Positions 46,845-57,053 are shown, numbered from the stretch's first letter. The stretch is 64,000 nt of DNA from an uncultured Anaerotruncus sp. (GCA_902461815.1 CABPZE010000001.1:129374-193373), one strand, 5' to 3'. Notes: generated by a model not told the origin, from the sequence alone. A program made the numbers and translations.

Positions 46845-47066
46845 ATGTTGTATCCTGTCCTTTTTTGTAATGCGTGTTGAATTGCGGTGGCATCATTTGC
46901 GCCGCCGCCATATCATGTATATGAGAGAGCGCGGTGTGACGTCGGGAAGGGAAGCGAAAAATCCGCAGTTGCGGGAAGTCGGAAAAGCAGTCCCGGCGGA
47001 TGCCGCTTTTTCTTACGGAGCGCCGTATGTCATTGCGCAGACGGCAGTGTGCGGCGCTCCGGTTTG

Positions 47067-47540
47067 CTACAGCGCTTCAATAAGGCATACGGCGTGGGCG
47101 GCAATGCCCTCGCCGCTGCCGGTAAACCCCAGTCCTTCCTCGGTTGTGGCTTTAACGCTAATAAGGTTTGAGCTGACGCCAAGCGCGGAGGCAATGTTTT
47201 CCCGCATCTTTGGTATGAACGGTGACAGCTTCGGCCTTTGCGCAATAACGGTGGAATCTATGTTGACTATCCTGTAACCGTTTTCCCGGAGAAGCTCCGA
47301 GACGTTTTTTGCAAGCCTGAGACTGTCTGCGCCTTTGTAGCGCGGATCACTGTCCGGAAAATGCTTTCCGATATCGCCAAGTGCCGCAGCCCCGAGCAGT
47401 GCATCCATGATCGCGTGTGTAAGAACGTCCGCGTCGGAATGCCCCAGAAGCCCAAGCTCATATTCAAGCTTTACTCCGCCGAGTATCAGAGGTCTGCCCG
47501 CAACAAGTCTGTGTACATCGTATCCGTGACCTATTCTCAT
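47067..47540 (-). CDS. ispF: 2-C-methyl-D-erythritol 2,4-cyclodiphosphate synthase
   Basis: [12 protein letters not shown]...[22 protein letters not shown]. Confidence 0.95.
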   Translation of the reverse strand: MRIGHGYDVHRLVAGRPLILGGVKLEYELGLLGHSDADVLTHAIMDALLGAAALGDIGKHFPDSDPRYKGADSLRLAKNVSELLRENGYRIVNIDSTVIAQRPKLSPFIPKMRENIASALGVSSNLISVKATTEEGLGFTGSGEGIAAHAVCLIEAL

Positions 47541-48337
47541 TTTTTATCCTCCGAAACGGCGACGCTTTCCTCCTGACTGCGGCGGAACGAGAGGATCGCT
47601 TCGGCAATTGCAAGGTCACAGGCGTTGGTTATTTTAATATTTTCTCTGCCGCAGTCAACCAGCTTTACGCGGTATCCGATGCGTTCGACAAGAGAATTGT
47701 CGTCTGTGGCGGAAAATCCTTCGTCGCGTGCCGTATATGCTGCCGCACGGTAAAGGTTTGCACCGAATACCTGCGGAGTCTGAGCCTGCCACGCGGTGCT
47801 TCTTTCAACCGTTTCGGCAATAAAACCTTTTATGTCCGCAGTCTTAACCGTATCGACTGCGGGAACTGCGGCGCTTGCCGCTCCGTAACGGTATGCGGCA
47901 AGGCAGACCGAGCGTATCATATCCGGAGTTGTCAGAGGGCGCGCTGCGTCTGCAATGGCAAAAAAGGCTGTGTCATTGTCAGCCGCGCATATGCCGTTCA
48001 TTACCGACTCCTGCCGCGTTGCTCCGCCGTGTACCATTGCGCGGATCTTGGTGAATCCGAACTTTTCCCAGTACTCTTCATATATTTCTTCATCTCCGGG
48101 GCGGATGACAAGAATGATATCGCTTATGCAGTCAGCCTGCTCATAGGCGCGCACGGTCATTGCAACAACCGGCATGCCTCCAAGCAGCATGAACTGCTTG
48201 GGAGTTTCTCCGCCCATTCGCGACGATGAGCCTCCTGCCACTATCACTGCGGCAGTGCGGCGATTTTTCAGCTTTCCTACGACGGTACGCAGTATGTCAG
48301 CTATGCCGTCTGCTGTTTTTTTGTCGGAGTTATTCAT
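47537..48337 (-). CDS. ispD: 2-C-methyl-D-erythritol 4-phosphate cytidylyltransferase
   Basis: [21 protein letters not shown]. Start ATG 48337 overlaps the rpiB stop (ATGAATAA). The stop overlaps the ispF start. Confidence 0.9.
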   Translation of the reverse strand: MNNSDKKTADGIADILRTVVGKLKNRRTAAVIVAGGSSSRMGGETPKQFMLLGGMPVVAMTVRAYEQADCISDIILVIRPGDEEIYEEYWEKFGFTKIRAMVHGGATRQESVMNGICAADNDTAFFAIADAARPLTTPDMIRSVCLAAYRYGAASAAVPAVDTVKTADIKGFIAETVERSTAWQAQTPQVFGANLYRAAAYTARDEGFSATDDNSLVERIGYRVKLVDCGRENIKITNACDLAIAEAILSFRRSQEESVAVSEDKK

Positions 48338-48809
48338 ATTTCTGCTCATCAAAAGTCCCGTCTTCAAGCTCGCTTATCATGCGAAGACGGCGCTGGTGAC
48401 GCTCCTCGTCAAGAGGTTCGTTTGAAAGGAATACCTCTGTGATCTCGGCGATCTTATCGTCTCCGATAACACGCGCGCCCATACAAAGCACGTTTGCGGC
48501 ATTGTGCTTGCGGGTCATTTCGGCGGAGTATGTGTCGGAGCAGACGGCTGCGCGTATGCCGCGGTGTTTGTTGGCGGCAATCGACACACCGATCCCGGTG
48601 CCGCAGATAAGTATTCCGAGCGGAAATTCGCCGCTCTGTATGCGCAGGCACAGCTTGTGTACGGGAACGGGATAGTCACAGCTCTCGGTGGAATAGCAGC
48701 CCACGTCGGTGACAGACCAGCCGTTCTTTTGCAGTTTTTCAATCAGCTTAAGCTTCGCTTCATATCCGGCATGGTCGCTGCCTATGATTATTTTTTTCTG
48801 TGTATTCAT
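48330..48809 (-). CDS. rpiB: Ribose-5-phosphate isomerase B
   Basis: KIIIGSDHAGYEAK...ILICGTGIGVSIAANK. Confidence 0.9.
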   Translation of the reverse strand: MNTQKKIIIGSDHAGYEAKLKLIEKLQKNGWSVTDVGCYSTESCDYPVPVHKLCLRIQSGEFPLGILICGTGIGVSIAANKHRGIRAAVCSDTYSAEMTRKHNAANVLCMGARVIGDDKIAEITEVFLSNEPLDEERHQRRLRMISELEDGTFDEQKYE

Positions 48810-48857
48810 TTTGTGTATTTTCCTTTCTATGATCGTTTAAATCTGATAGATAATGTT

Positions 48858-49631
48858 TTATTTGCTCGACGGGGAGCTTGATGCAAGCCGCTCGGCGCGT
48901 TCTCTTTCTGCCTGTGAAAGCCTCAGATATACCGGACGCAGACTTTCCGCATCTTTAACCTCTCCGCGTCTGTATGCTCCAAGTGCTGAAAGAGCCACCG
49001 AGTATGCGGACTGATACCTCAGCTGTTCCGGAGTTTCAAAGGTTGAACCCTCCGGCATGAGACCGCGTACAAGCGAATATCCGTCCCCGCAGAGCCAGAC
49101 CTTGCCGAGCGGGAGCGTTTCGGCTTCAAATTCGGAATAGGCTATGGCGCGGTCGGGCGTAAGGCGTTCAAGTCCTCCGCCGCGGCGTGCAAATCGTGCG
49201 GTGTAAAGCTGACCGCGCCGCGCGTCCATGACGGGGCATATTATTTTGGGTTCACGAGCTTCGGTGTCTGTGTTACCGAAATCAAGATTCCGCGCCAGCG
49301 CCTCAAGCGTTGACACGCCCACTGCCGGGCGTCCTGAGCCGAAAGCGAGTCCTTTTACGGTTGCGACTCCTATTCTTACTCCCGTGAACGACCCCGGACC
49401 TGCGGCGCAGGCGAAAAGCTCAACGTCGTGAGGCTTAAGCGAAAAGGCGGAGAGTATCGACTCCACCATGGGGAGCAATGATTCGCTGTGTGTGTTGCCG
49501 TTATTGAGCGTATACTCAGCCAGCAAGGTTTCGTCCTCGCAAAGCGCTGCGGTTGCGGTTTTGGCTGTACTGTCAAGAGATAATATTTTCATTTTTCTGG
49601 CCGTTGTCCGAAAGCTTGATCTTACGGACAT
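48858..49631 (-). CDS. tsaB: tRNA t6A37 biosynthesis protein TsaB (YeaZ)
   Basis: MKILSLDSTAKTATAAL...AAGPGSFTGVRIGVATVKGLA. ATG 49631 directly abuts the tsaE stop. The homology-style start MKILSLD is at 49592. Confidence 0.85.
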   Translation of the reverse strand: MSVRSSFRTTARKMKILSLDSTAKTATAALCEDETLLAEYTLNNGNTHSESLLPMVESILSAFSLKPHDVELFACAAGPGSFTGVRIGVATVKGLAFGSGRPAVGVSTLEALARNLDFGNTDTEAREPKIICPVMDARRGQLYTARFARRGGGLERLTPDRAIAYSEFEAETLPLGKVWLCGDGYSLVRGLMPEGSTFETPEQLRYQSAYSVALSALGAYRRGEVKDAESLRPVYLRLSQAERERAERLASSSPSSK

Positions 49632-50096
49632 TTATCCCTTCTGTTCGATCAGTTCAATAGTGATACTGCGCTCTCCCTCAATTTCGGTGCGCATAATTGA
49701 CACCCGGATATATTTTTCCGGCAAAGCCCACGGAATTTTTTCGCACCATTCGGCAAGACAGATCCCTCCCCGGCTTTCATAGTCGTAAAATCCGGCAGAA
49801 TACAGCTCGTCGTCATCGTTTATGCGGTACATATCAAAATGAAATACAAGACGCTTGCCGCGGTTGTATTCATTTACAAGAGTAAAAGTCGGCGAGCGGA
49901 CGGCAGATCCGGGGGACATTACTGACGCAAAGCCGCGCACAAAGGCGGTCTTTCCCGCGCCGAGATCTCCGTAAAGAGCAACAAAGGACGGCAGATCGGC
50001 GTTTTGTTCCATCATCCTGGCAAGGCGTACTCCAAGAGCTTCAGTTTCCTCAGCAGACTTGGTTGTTTGTATTGGCAGAAGGAAAGTCCCGGTCAT
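49632..50096 (-). CDS. tsaE: tRNA t6A37 biosynthesis ATPase TsaE (YjeE)
   Basis: LYGDLGAGKTAFVRG...SPTFTLVNEY...HFDMYR. Confidence 0.9.
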   Translation of the reverse strand: MTGTFLLPIQTTKSAEETEALGVRLARMMEQNADLPSFVALYGDLGAGKTAFVRGFASVMSPGSAVRSPTFTLVNEYNRGKRLVFHFDMYRINDDDELYSAGFYDYESRGGICLAEWCEKIPWALPEKYIRVSIMRTEIEGERSITIELIEQKG

Positions 50097-50302
50097 TTTT
50101 TTCGCCTTTCGCTTACACGTTCCCGCGTTCCGTCAGGGCGGACAAGCACGGTGTTTTCAAGTGTTCCGGTAAACTGCGCGCGTACCTCGGCTATATATTC
50201 CGCGCGCAGGGACGCTTGCTCGGCTGCCTCTGCTTCGCTGAGTCCGATAGTGCGTGATTTTCGCGCAAGCTCGTTTATTCTGTCTATCTTTGCTTTTTCC
50301 AT
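50093..50302 (-). CDS. DUF896/UPF0291 (YnzC-like) small protein
   Basis: MEKAKIDRINELARKSRTIGLSEAEAAEQASLRAEYIAEVR resembles YnzC. The stop overlaps the tsaE start (ATGA). Confidence 0.7.
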   Translation of the reverse strand: MEKAKIDRINELARKSRTIGLSEAEAAEQASLRAEYIAEVRAQFTGTLENTVLVRPDGTRERVSERRKK

Positions 50303-50487
50303 TATTGTGCGCAATTCCTTTGCAGCAAAAAAGAATATTACATATAATTATATCACGTCATCATGATAAAATCAATGTTTTAACAGCTCATAAAACGATT
50401 TTGCCGTAAAAAATGAGCTGCTTTGTGTTTTTATGCTGATAAAAACCTGAAAGATGAGCCGAAAAACGCCGAATTTCAAGAAAGGTA

Positions 50488-50516
50488 TTGATTTGATGAT
50501 GAAATAGAGTTATAAT
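50488..50516 (+). promoter_or_regulatory. Candidate sigma-A promoter of galU
   Basis: TTGATT, 17 nt, TATAAT (50511-50516). Confidence 0.5.
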
Positions 50517-50597
50517 ATTATTTAACAAAGATTATCGTAATGAGTTAAACTCAGACTTCCTGAAATTCAAAACACAGGGAAAGGATAAGCTATAAGT

Positions 50598-51509
50598 ATG
50601 ACGAACGAAAAAACTATTCAGAAGGTCAGAAAAGCCGTTATACCGGCAGCAGGGCTTGGAACGCGTATGCTGCCTATAGCGCGTGCTGTACCAAAGGAAA
50701 TGCTGCCGATAGTTGACAGACCCGCTGTTTCGTATCTTGTAGAGGAAGCGGCAAAAAGCGGCATAACAGATATACTTATTATCACCGGACGCGGAAAAGG
50801 CGTTATGGAGGACTACTTCGACTATTCCCCCGAATATGAGGCGAAATTCGCGGAGAAGGGTAAAAATGACGAGATAGACAAAATGCGCGAGACTGCCGAC
50901 GCCTTCGGTGCAAATGTGTATTTTTTACGCCAGAAGCAGGCACGCGGACTGGGACACGCTGTAGGATGCGCACGCGCTTTTGTAGGTAATGAGCCGTTTG
51001 CGGTGCTTTACGGAGATGATATCATTTTCTCCGAAAGGCCGGTCGTTGCTCAGATGATAGAAAGCTACGAACGCTACGGCAGGGCTGTTTGCGGAGTCAA
51101 GCCTGTTCCCGAGGAATTGGTCATGAAATACTGCTCCCTCAAGACTCATGAAATACCGGGCAGTACAAATGAGTTCTTTGTCGACGACATGATCGAAAAG
51201 CCGCGTACTCGGGAGCAGATATTCAGCAATTATTCAATACTTGGCAGGGTTCTGCTTACTCCTGAGATATTCGATATAATTGACAGCACTCCTCCCGGAG
51301 CGGGCGGAGAAATTCAGCTTACCGACGCTATGGGTACTCTGTCGCGCAGACACGGCATGACAGCTCTTGATTTTGAAGGTCAGCGGTTTGACCTTGGCTC
51401 TAAGCTGGGATTTTTGAGTGCAAATGTTTATATGGCGTGCAGACACCCCGAAGTAGGAGATGATTTCAAGGAATATCTGAAAAAATTCATGAGTGAGGAG
51501 CAGCCATGA
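50598..51509 (+). CDS. galU: UTP--glucose-1-phosphate uridylyltransferase
   Basis: KAVIPAAGLGTRMLPIARAVPKEMLPIVDRP. Confidence 0.9.
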   Translation: MTNEKTIQKVRKAVIPAAGLGTRMLPIARAVPKEMLPIVDRPAVSYLVEEAAKSGITDILIITGRGKGVMEDYFDYSPEYEAKFAEKGKNDEIDKMRETADAFGANVYFLRQKQARGLGHAVGCARAFVGNEPFAVLYGDDIIFSERPVVAQMIESYERYGRAVCGVKPVPEELVMKYCSLKTHEIPGSTNEFFVDDMIEKPRTREQIFSNYSILGRVLLTPEIFDIIDSTPPGAGGEIQLTDAMGTLSRRHGMTALDFEGQRFDLGSKLGFLSANVYMACRHPEVGDDFKEYLKKFMSEEQP

Positions 51510-52009
51510 GCAGCAAGGAAAACGGACGCAGATCAAAAGACAATTATTATCTCGATATTGCAGAGACGGTGTCTGAGCGCAGTACCTGTCTGCGTCGTCG
51601 TTTCGGGGCGATAATCGTTAAAAATGACACGATCGTCTCCACCGGTTACAACGGCGCGCCACGCGGACGCGCCAACTGTGACGATCTCGGTGTTTGCTAC
51701 CGTGAAAAGCTCGGCATCCCGCGCGGAGAAAGATATGAGCTTTGCCGGGCGGTACATTCTGAGGCAAACGCAATAATCGCCGCGCCGCGTGATCAGATGC
51801 TGGGTTCAACCCTTTATATGTGCTGCACCTCTCCGGTCGACGGCAGTATAATGCCCGGAACGACCTCCTGCATGATGTGCAAGCGGCAGATAATAAATGC
51901 CGGTATTGAACGTGTTATCGTCAGGGACGACAGAGAAAACTACCGCGTTATAAATGTTTCCGAGTGGATAGAAGATGATGATTCCCTCGGAGGAAAAACC
52001 GGTTACTGA
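51506..52009 (+). CDS. dCMP deaminase (ComEB-type cytidine/deoxycytidylate deaminase)
   Basis: Zinc motifs HSEANAI and SCMMCKRQI. The start overlaps the galU stop. Confidence 0.8.
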   Translation: MSSKENGRRSKDNYYLDIAETVSERSTCLRRRFGAIIVKNDTIVSTGYNGAPRGRANCDDLGVCYREKLGIPRGERYELCRAVHSEANAIIAAPRDQMLGSTLYMCCTSPVDGSIMPGTTSCMMCKRQIINAGIERVIVRDDRENYRVINVSEWIEDDDSLGGKTGY

Positions 52010-52037
52010 AAATAAATAACGGAACTTGAACAGGAAT

Positions 52038-52700
52038 ATGAAGCGAACAAATAAAATATTCAAAGCAATCAGATATATGATGCTCTTTTTGCTTGTCGGC
52101 GCGGCGGTTTTATCGTCTCTTGCCGGATGCGGCAGGAAGCTTGAATCCCACGGAATGAGCATTTATGACAAAAAGAGCGGATCTTCCTACAAATATCTGC
52201 CTGCGTGCTTTGAGGCGGCGGCAAAGTCAAAGGACGCTTACGGAAGCGTTGAGATTTCCGGTGCAAAGCAGGGTCTTTATTCGATACATGGGCTTGATAC
52301 CTCTCTTTGGCTTTGCACGGAATGGGGAGATGTATTGTACGCCGGAGATGATTCCATAGAAACGCTTGATGCGTTCAAACCGGCGAGGGCGTATCTCTGC
52401 TATACCGGGGGAAGCGTAAGTATTTCCTTTGCCGTAGTAGAGGGCGACGCCATTGACGAGGTGATGGATGCATGGGATTCAGGAAAGACGGTCACCAAAC
52501 CGCTATCCGAACCGGACGAGACTTATGCGATAAAATTTGAGTCTGATAAATATCCGGGGCTTTATTATTCGATGTCCGTACTTGTATATGGAAAGGACGT
52601 TTACATTTACAACAAGTATGAAGGCGCAAAATGTATTGTTGCTCCGGACAGTATAGCCCTGCGTCTTGAGGAGTCTGAATACGCGGATGACGCCGAATAA
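52038..52700 (+). CDS. Hypothetical lipoprotein
   Basis: Signal and lipobox MMLFLLVGAAVLSSLAGCGRK. No family recognised. Confidence 0.55.
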   Translation: MKRTNKIFKAIRYMMLFLLVGAAVLSSLAGCGRKLESHGMSIYDKKSGSSYKYLPACFEAAAKSKDAYGSVEISGAKQGLYSIHGLDTSLWLCTEWGDVLYAGDDSIETLDAFKPARAYLCYTGGSVSISFAVVEGDAIDEVMDAWDSGKTVTKPLSEPDETYAIKFESDKYPGLYYSMSVLVYGKDVYIYNKYEGAKCIVAPDSIALRLEESEYADDAE

Positions 52701-53184
52701 AGAATATACTGTAAAGCCGTTTTCGGATGAACACGTGAATCCCGCGGCGGGAATTGAAGCCGCGGTTTTCAGCGCGCCGTGGAGCGCGCGTGCGTTGGAT
52801 GATATTTTTGTTCACTCGGATACCGTATCCGCGCTTGCATGCGAGACTGAGGATGGCTTTCTTGCCGCCTACGGCGGAATCGAATGTGTGCTGGATGAGG
52901 CTAATATTGTAAACATTGCGACAAGTCCTGCATATCGCCGCCGCGGATGTGCCACAGCTGTAATGAGCGGTCTGCTTTTGATAGCCTCCGAGAAAGGTTG
53001 CCGACGTGTAACACTTGAGGTAAGAGAACATAACGAAGCGGCTCAGGCACTTTATCGTTCCTTCGGATTTGAAGCAGTGGGAGTCAGAAAGCGTTTTTAC
53101 AGCTTGCCGACAGAGGACGCACTGGTTATGGAAAAAATACTTGACCAAACTTCTATTGAGAGAAGCCGCACTGAGCGGCATTGA
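52687..53184 (+). CDS. rimI: Ribosomal-protein-alanine N-acetyltransferase
   Basis: GNAT core IATSPAYRRRGCATAVM...LEVREHNEAAQALYRSFGF. Its position directly upstream of tsaD fits. Confidence 0.8.
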   Translation: MTPNKEYTVKPFSDEHVNPAAGIEAAVFSAPWSARALDDIFVHSDTVSALACETEDGFLAAYGGIECVLDEANIVNIATSPAYRRRGCATAVMSGLLLIASEKGCRRVTLEVREHNEAAQALYRSFGFEAVGVRKRFYSLPTEDALVMEKILDQTSIERSRTERH

Positions 53185-53191
53185 GACTGAT

Positions 53192-54226
53192 ATGCTTATA
53201 CTTGGAATTGAATCGTCGTGCGACGAGACCTCGGCGGCTGTTGTCGAGGAACAGAACGGAGTTGTAACGGTACGTTCAAACATTGTTGCATCGCAAATTG
53301 AAACACACAGATTATACGGCGGAGTAGTGCCGGAGATCGCTTCACGCGCGCATATAGAGGCAATTTGCCCGACTGTAAGGCAGGCACTTGACGATGCCGG
53401 GGTCACTCCGCAGGAGCTTGACGCTGTCGCTGTTACCTCTCATCCGGGGCTTATTGGCGCGCTTCTTGTTGGCGTCAATTTTGCAAAATCATTTGCATAT
53501 GCGTGGGGAAAGCCTGTTGTTCCGGTCAATCATGTTCACGCACACACTGCGGCGGCATATCTTGCAGTTCCGGGACTTAAGCCGCCATTTCTTTCGCTTG
53601 TCGTGTCAGGCGGTCATACCTCGTTTTATCATGTTGAGTCATTCACACGCTATCGTGAGCTTGGCGGAACGCGCGATGATGCCGCGGGAGAGGCTTTTGA
53701 TAAGATAGGGCGCGTTATCGGTCTGCCATATCCCGGCGGGGCTGCTATGGATAAGCTTGCTCGCGAAGGCGACACGAGCGAGCTAAAAAAACAGTTCAGA
53801 CTTCCGTCTCCGGCTTTGGCGGGGGATAATCTTGATTTTTCTTTCAGCGGACTTAAAACCGCAGCGCTTAATCTTCTCAACGGCAAGCGTCAACGCGGAG
53901 AGGAACTGGCAGGAGAGGAGCGTGCCGCGTTTGCGTCGGCGTACACCGAGGCAATTGTGAGTGCTATAGTTTCAAAGATCCCTGCGGCTTTGGCTGTAAG
54001 CGGATGTAAAAGGCTTGTTATCGCCGGAGGCGTTGCCGCCAACTCGCACCTGCGTGAAGCGGCTGAGCTTGTCTGCCATGCATGCGGCGCGGAATTGATC
54101 CTTCCTTCAATGTCTCTTTGCGGAGACAATGCCGCCATGGTTGCCGCCGAGGGAGCATTTCTGTATCTTTCGGGAGTGCGCGGAGATACTTCTCTTAACG
54201 CTCACGCCGATGACGGAGATAACTGA
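53192..54226 (+). CDS. tsaD: tRNA N6-adenosine threonylcarbamoyltransferase TsaD
   Basis: MLILGIESSCDETSAAVV...VNHVHAH...VSGGHT...GGVAANS. Confidence 0.95.
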   Translation: MLILGIESSCDETSAAVVEEQNGVVTVRSNIVASQIETHRLYGGVVPEIASRAHIEAICPTVRQALDDAGVTPQELDAVAVTSHPGLIGALLVGVNFAKSFAYAWGKPVVPVNHVHAHTAAAYLAVPGLKPPFLSLVVSGGHTSFYHVESFTRYRELGGTRDDAAGEAFDKIGRVIGLPYPGGAAMDKLAREGDTSELKKQFRLPSPALAGDNLDFSFSGLKTAALNLLNGKRQRGEELAGEERAAFASAYTEAIVSAIVSKIPAALAVSGCKRLVIAGGVAANSHLREAAELVCHACGAELILPSMSLCGDNAAMVAAEGAFLYLSGVRGDTSLNAHADDGDN

Positions 54227-54257
54227 GAATCTGATAAATTAAAGACGGGAAAATAAA

Positions 54258-54971
54258 ATGAGTACAAACGAAAAAGAAAGCATAAATTATGGTGAGGATC
54301 ATCATAAGAATATCTCTGACGCGGTTATAAAGAGACTCCCGCGGTATTACAGATACCTTCGTGAGCTTCTCTCGCACGGTCGTACACGAATAAGCTCAGC
54401 CGAGCTTGCCGGAATAATGAATGTTACCGCGTCGCAGATAAGGCAGGATCTCAACTGCTTTGGTGGCTTCGGTCAACAGGGCTACGGTTACAATGTTGAA
54501 AAGCTGTACACGCAGATCCTTGATATACTCGGAGCTAATAACGGATATAATGCCGTAATAATCGGTGCAGGCAATCTCGGAAGAGCCATAGTTCGTTCAC
54601 CGATGTTTGAGCGCCGTGGAATAAAGGTAACGGCAATGTTTGATACTAATCCTGCGGTCACTGGAGATGCTGTCGCCGGAGTCATGATTTACCCGTCCTC
54701 CGAGCTGTCCGAATACTGCCGCACTCATAAAGTAGACATCGCGGTTCTGACGCTTCCGAAGGAATGCGCAGCCGATGCGCTGCATACTGTTGAGGAGGCA
54801 GGAGTTCCGGGCGTCTGGAATTTTACCAGCAACGAGCTTGATCTTAAGCAAAAAACCGCGATCGTTGAGAATGTTCATCTGGGTGATTCTCTGATGACGT
54901 TATGCTACCGTTTGCATTCCAGCGAACAAAAAAGGACTGATATTTATCCTAAGGATCTATCGCAAAAATGA
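54258..54971 (+). CDS. rex: Redox-sensing transcriptional repressor Rex
   Basis: ISDAVIKRLPRYYRYLRELL...ISSAELAGIMNVTASQIRQDLNCFGGFGQQGYGY...IIGAGNLGRA. Confidence 0.9.
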   Translation: MSTNEKESINYGEDHHKNISDAVIKRLPRYYRYLRELLSHGRTRISSAELAGIMNVTASQIRQDLNCFGGFGQQGYGYNVEKLYTQILDILGANNGYNAVIIGAGNLGRAIVRSPMFERRGIKVTAMFDTNPAVTGDAVAGVMIYPSSELSEYCRTHKVDIAVLTLPKECAADALHTVEEAGVPGVWNFTSNELDLKQKTAIVENVHLGDSLMTLCYRLHSSEQKRTDIYPKDLSQK

Positions 54972-56047
54972 GTGAAAAGACAGAAATAAAAAATGAAGTC
55001 ACAGTCCCGAACACGACGGAAAATACCAAGTCTTTTGATATTGATTACGGTCGCGGCGTGATAGTATTGCCGCGCGCTGCCGCAGAAAAATTTTTGTCGG
55101 CTTCAAAAGATGACATTTTGTCACTTATGTATGCCGCGGCGGTTACTCAGGGATGGAGTGCTGACGCCGCTTCGGAAGCATTCGGAAAGGCTGTTATTGA
55201 AGCACCTGATGAGGCACTGTCTTTCTGGAATGGATCAGGTGTGATAGCGTCTGCGTCCGGTGCAATGTCCGCCAAGACCTCAAGGGAAGAAAAAACTGCA
55301 AAGCCGAGAAAGCTTAAAAAGCCTGAAGCTGCCCTGCCGTCATACACGACCGACGAGCTGACTGAAATTCTTGAGCGACGTGCAGAAACCTCGGCGGTGA
55401 TAGATGAGTGCGAGCGGATGCTCGGCAAGATGTTCAGTACCTCTGAGACAGCCAAGGTGGTCGGACTTATTGATTATCTAGGACTTGACGGCGAGTACAT
55501 AATAAATCTTTGTGCTCACTGCGCGAGAATAGACCGAAAATCGCTAAGATATGTTGAGAAGACGGCATTTGAGCTTTACGACCGCGGAATTACCAGCGTT
55601 GAGGCGCTGGATGAATATCTGAGGATCATTGAGGAAGCCACAAAGCTTGAGGGAAAGATACGTTCGATGTTCGGCATGAACCTCGAACGCGCGCTGACAG
55701 CCCGCGAGCGCGGATTCATTGACGCATGGGTAGGGAAGTTCGGGTATGGGCTTGACGTTATCGGCAAGGCTTACGAAATAACGGTTGATTCTACCGGAAA
55801 GGCGGCGTTGCCTTACGCTAATGCCATTCTTGAGTCGTGGAATTCCGCCGGTCTTAAAACTGCCGAGGATGTTGATGCCTATATTGCTGCACAAAAGGAC
55901 ACCGGTGCAAAAAAGACTGCTCCTGACGGCACGAGCTTCAATACGGATGATTTCTTTGAGGCGGCGCTCAGACGCAGCTACGGAGACACAACTGCTCCGG
56001 TGATACCCGAAGGCTCAGCGGCGCGTCAGGAAAAGCGAAAAAAGTAA
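54968..56047 (+). CDS. DnaD-domain replication initiation / helicase-loading protein (DnaB/DnaD family, Firmicutes sense)
   Basis: C-terminal DnaD-type repeats (LGKMFSTSETAKVVGLIDYLGLDGEYIINLCAHC; MFGMNLERALTARERGFIDAWVGKFGYGLDVI). The start overlaps the rex stop (ATGA). Confidence 0.7.
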   Translation: MSEKTEIKNEVTVPNTTENTKSFDIDYGRGVIVLPRAAAEKFLSASKDDILSLMYAAAVTQGWSADAASEAFGKAVIEAPDEALSFWNGSGVIASASGAMSAKTSREEKTAKPRKLKKPEAALPSYTTDELTEILERRAETSAVIDECERMLGKMFSTSETAKVVGLIDYLGLDGEYIINLCAHCARIDRKSLRYVEKTAFELYDRGITSVEALDEYLRIIEEATKLEGKIRSMFGMNLERALTARERGFIDAWVGKFGYGLDVIGKAYEITVDSTGKAALPYANAILESWNSAGLKTAEDVDAYIAAQKDTGAKKTAPDGTSFNTDDFFEAALRRSYGDTTAPVIPEGSAARQEKRKK

Positions 56048-56069
56048 GTTATAAAAGGAAAACGGTATA

Positions 56070-57053
56070 ATGGGATACAGCAGAGAAAATTACCGTCTTG
56101 TGCGTGAGGAATATGAAAGCCGGAGCCTTGAAGCAAGAAACGCTGCAGACGCACGGCGAAGCGAGCTTCACCGTGTTATTCCGCGTACAGAAGAAATAGA
56201 TCGCGAGCTTTCCGCTACCGGAATAAAGCTGATGGGCGCGGCGCTTGGGGTATCGCACGCGTCAGTTGATGATATCCGCGCCGGTGTTGTTAAACTACGC
56301 GCAGAACGCGCAGCACTGCTTGCGGCGGCTGGATATCCGGAGAATTATTCCGAGCCGCATTATGAGTGCGAGAAATGTCAGGATACCGGATATGTTGACG
56401 GATATATGTGTTCCTGCATGAAGCAGAGGCTTATAATGGCTGGGTATGAGTCGTCGGGGATCGCAAGACTCATGCAGAATGAAACCTTTGATACTTTTTC
56501 TCTCGATTATTACGCCGACGACCGCAGAAATCTTGAAAATATGAGATACATATACCAGACAATGCGCCGCTTTGCCGAAACTTTTGATCCCAAGAGTTCA
56601 AAAAGCATAGCACTGTTCGGGGGAACGGGACTTGGAAAGACGCATCTTTCCACTGCGGCAGCAAAGGTGATAATTGAGCGCGGCTTTGATGTGGTATATA
56701 CCGGAGCTATCGGAATGTTTTCCGATTTTGAGAAAGTTCGCTTCGGAAATGCCTCGGGGCGTGAGAGCGGTGAGAATACAGACAGATATTTTGACTGTGA
56801 TCTGCTTATCATTGACGACCTCGGCTCTGAGGTTGCAAACCAGTTCACTGTCAGCTGTCTTTACGATGTTATCAATACGCGGATAAACAAAGGACTCCCC
56901 ATGATACTCAGCACCAATCTGCGTCAGGATGAGCTGCGCCAGCGTTATTGGGATCGCATAACAAGTCGCATCTTCGGTGAATTTGTCACCCTTATGCTTA
57001 CCGGAACAGATGTAAGAGCCAAAAAGCTCAGAGAAGGAACAAAACTCAGGTAA
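56070..57053 (+). CDS. dnaI: Primosomal helicase loader DnaI/DnaC-type AAA+ ATPase
   Basis: N-terminal Zn module CEKCQDTGY...CSC; Walker A LFGGTGLGKTHL; Walker B LLIIDDLG. Confidence 0.8.
   Translation: MGYSRENYRLVREEYESRSLEARNAADARRSELHRVIPRTEEIDRELSATGIKLMGAALGVSHASVDDIRAGVVKLRAERAALLAAAGYPENYSEPHYECEKCQDTGYVDGYMCSCMKQRLIMAGYESSGIARLMQNETFDTFSLDYYADDRRNLENMRYIYQTMRRFAETFDPKSSKSIALFGGTGLGKTHLSTAAAKVIIERGFDVVYTGAIGMFSDFEKVRFGNASGRESGENTDRYFDCDLLIIDDLGSEVANQFTVSCLYDVINTRINKGLPMILSTNLRQDELRQRYWDRITSRIFGEFVTLMLTGTDVRAKKLREGTKLR

Noticed and set aside
52492-53406. 304-aa minus-strand ORF
   Set aside because: It is antisense to the lipoprotein, rimI and tsaD genes, and no motifs are present.
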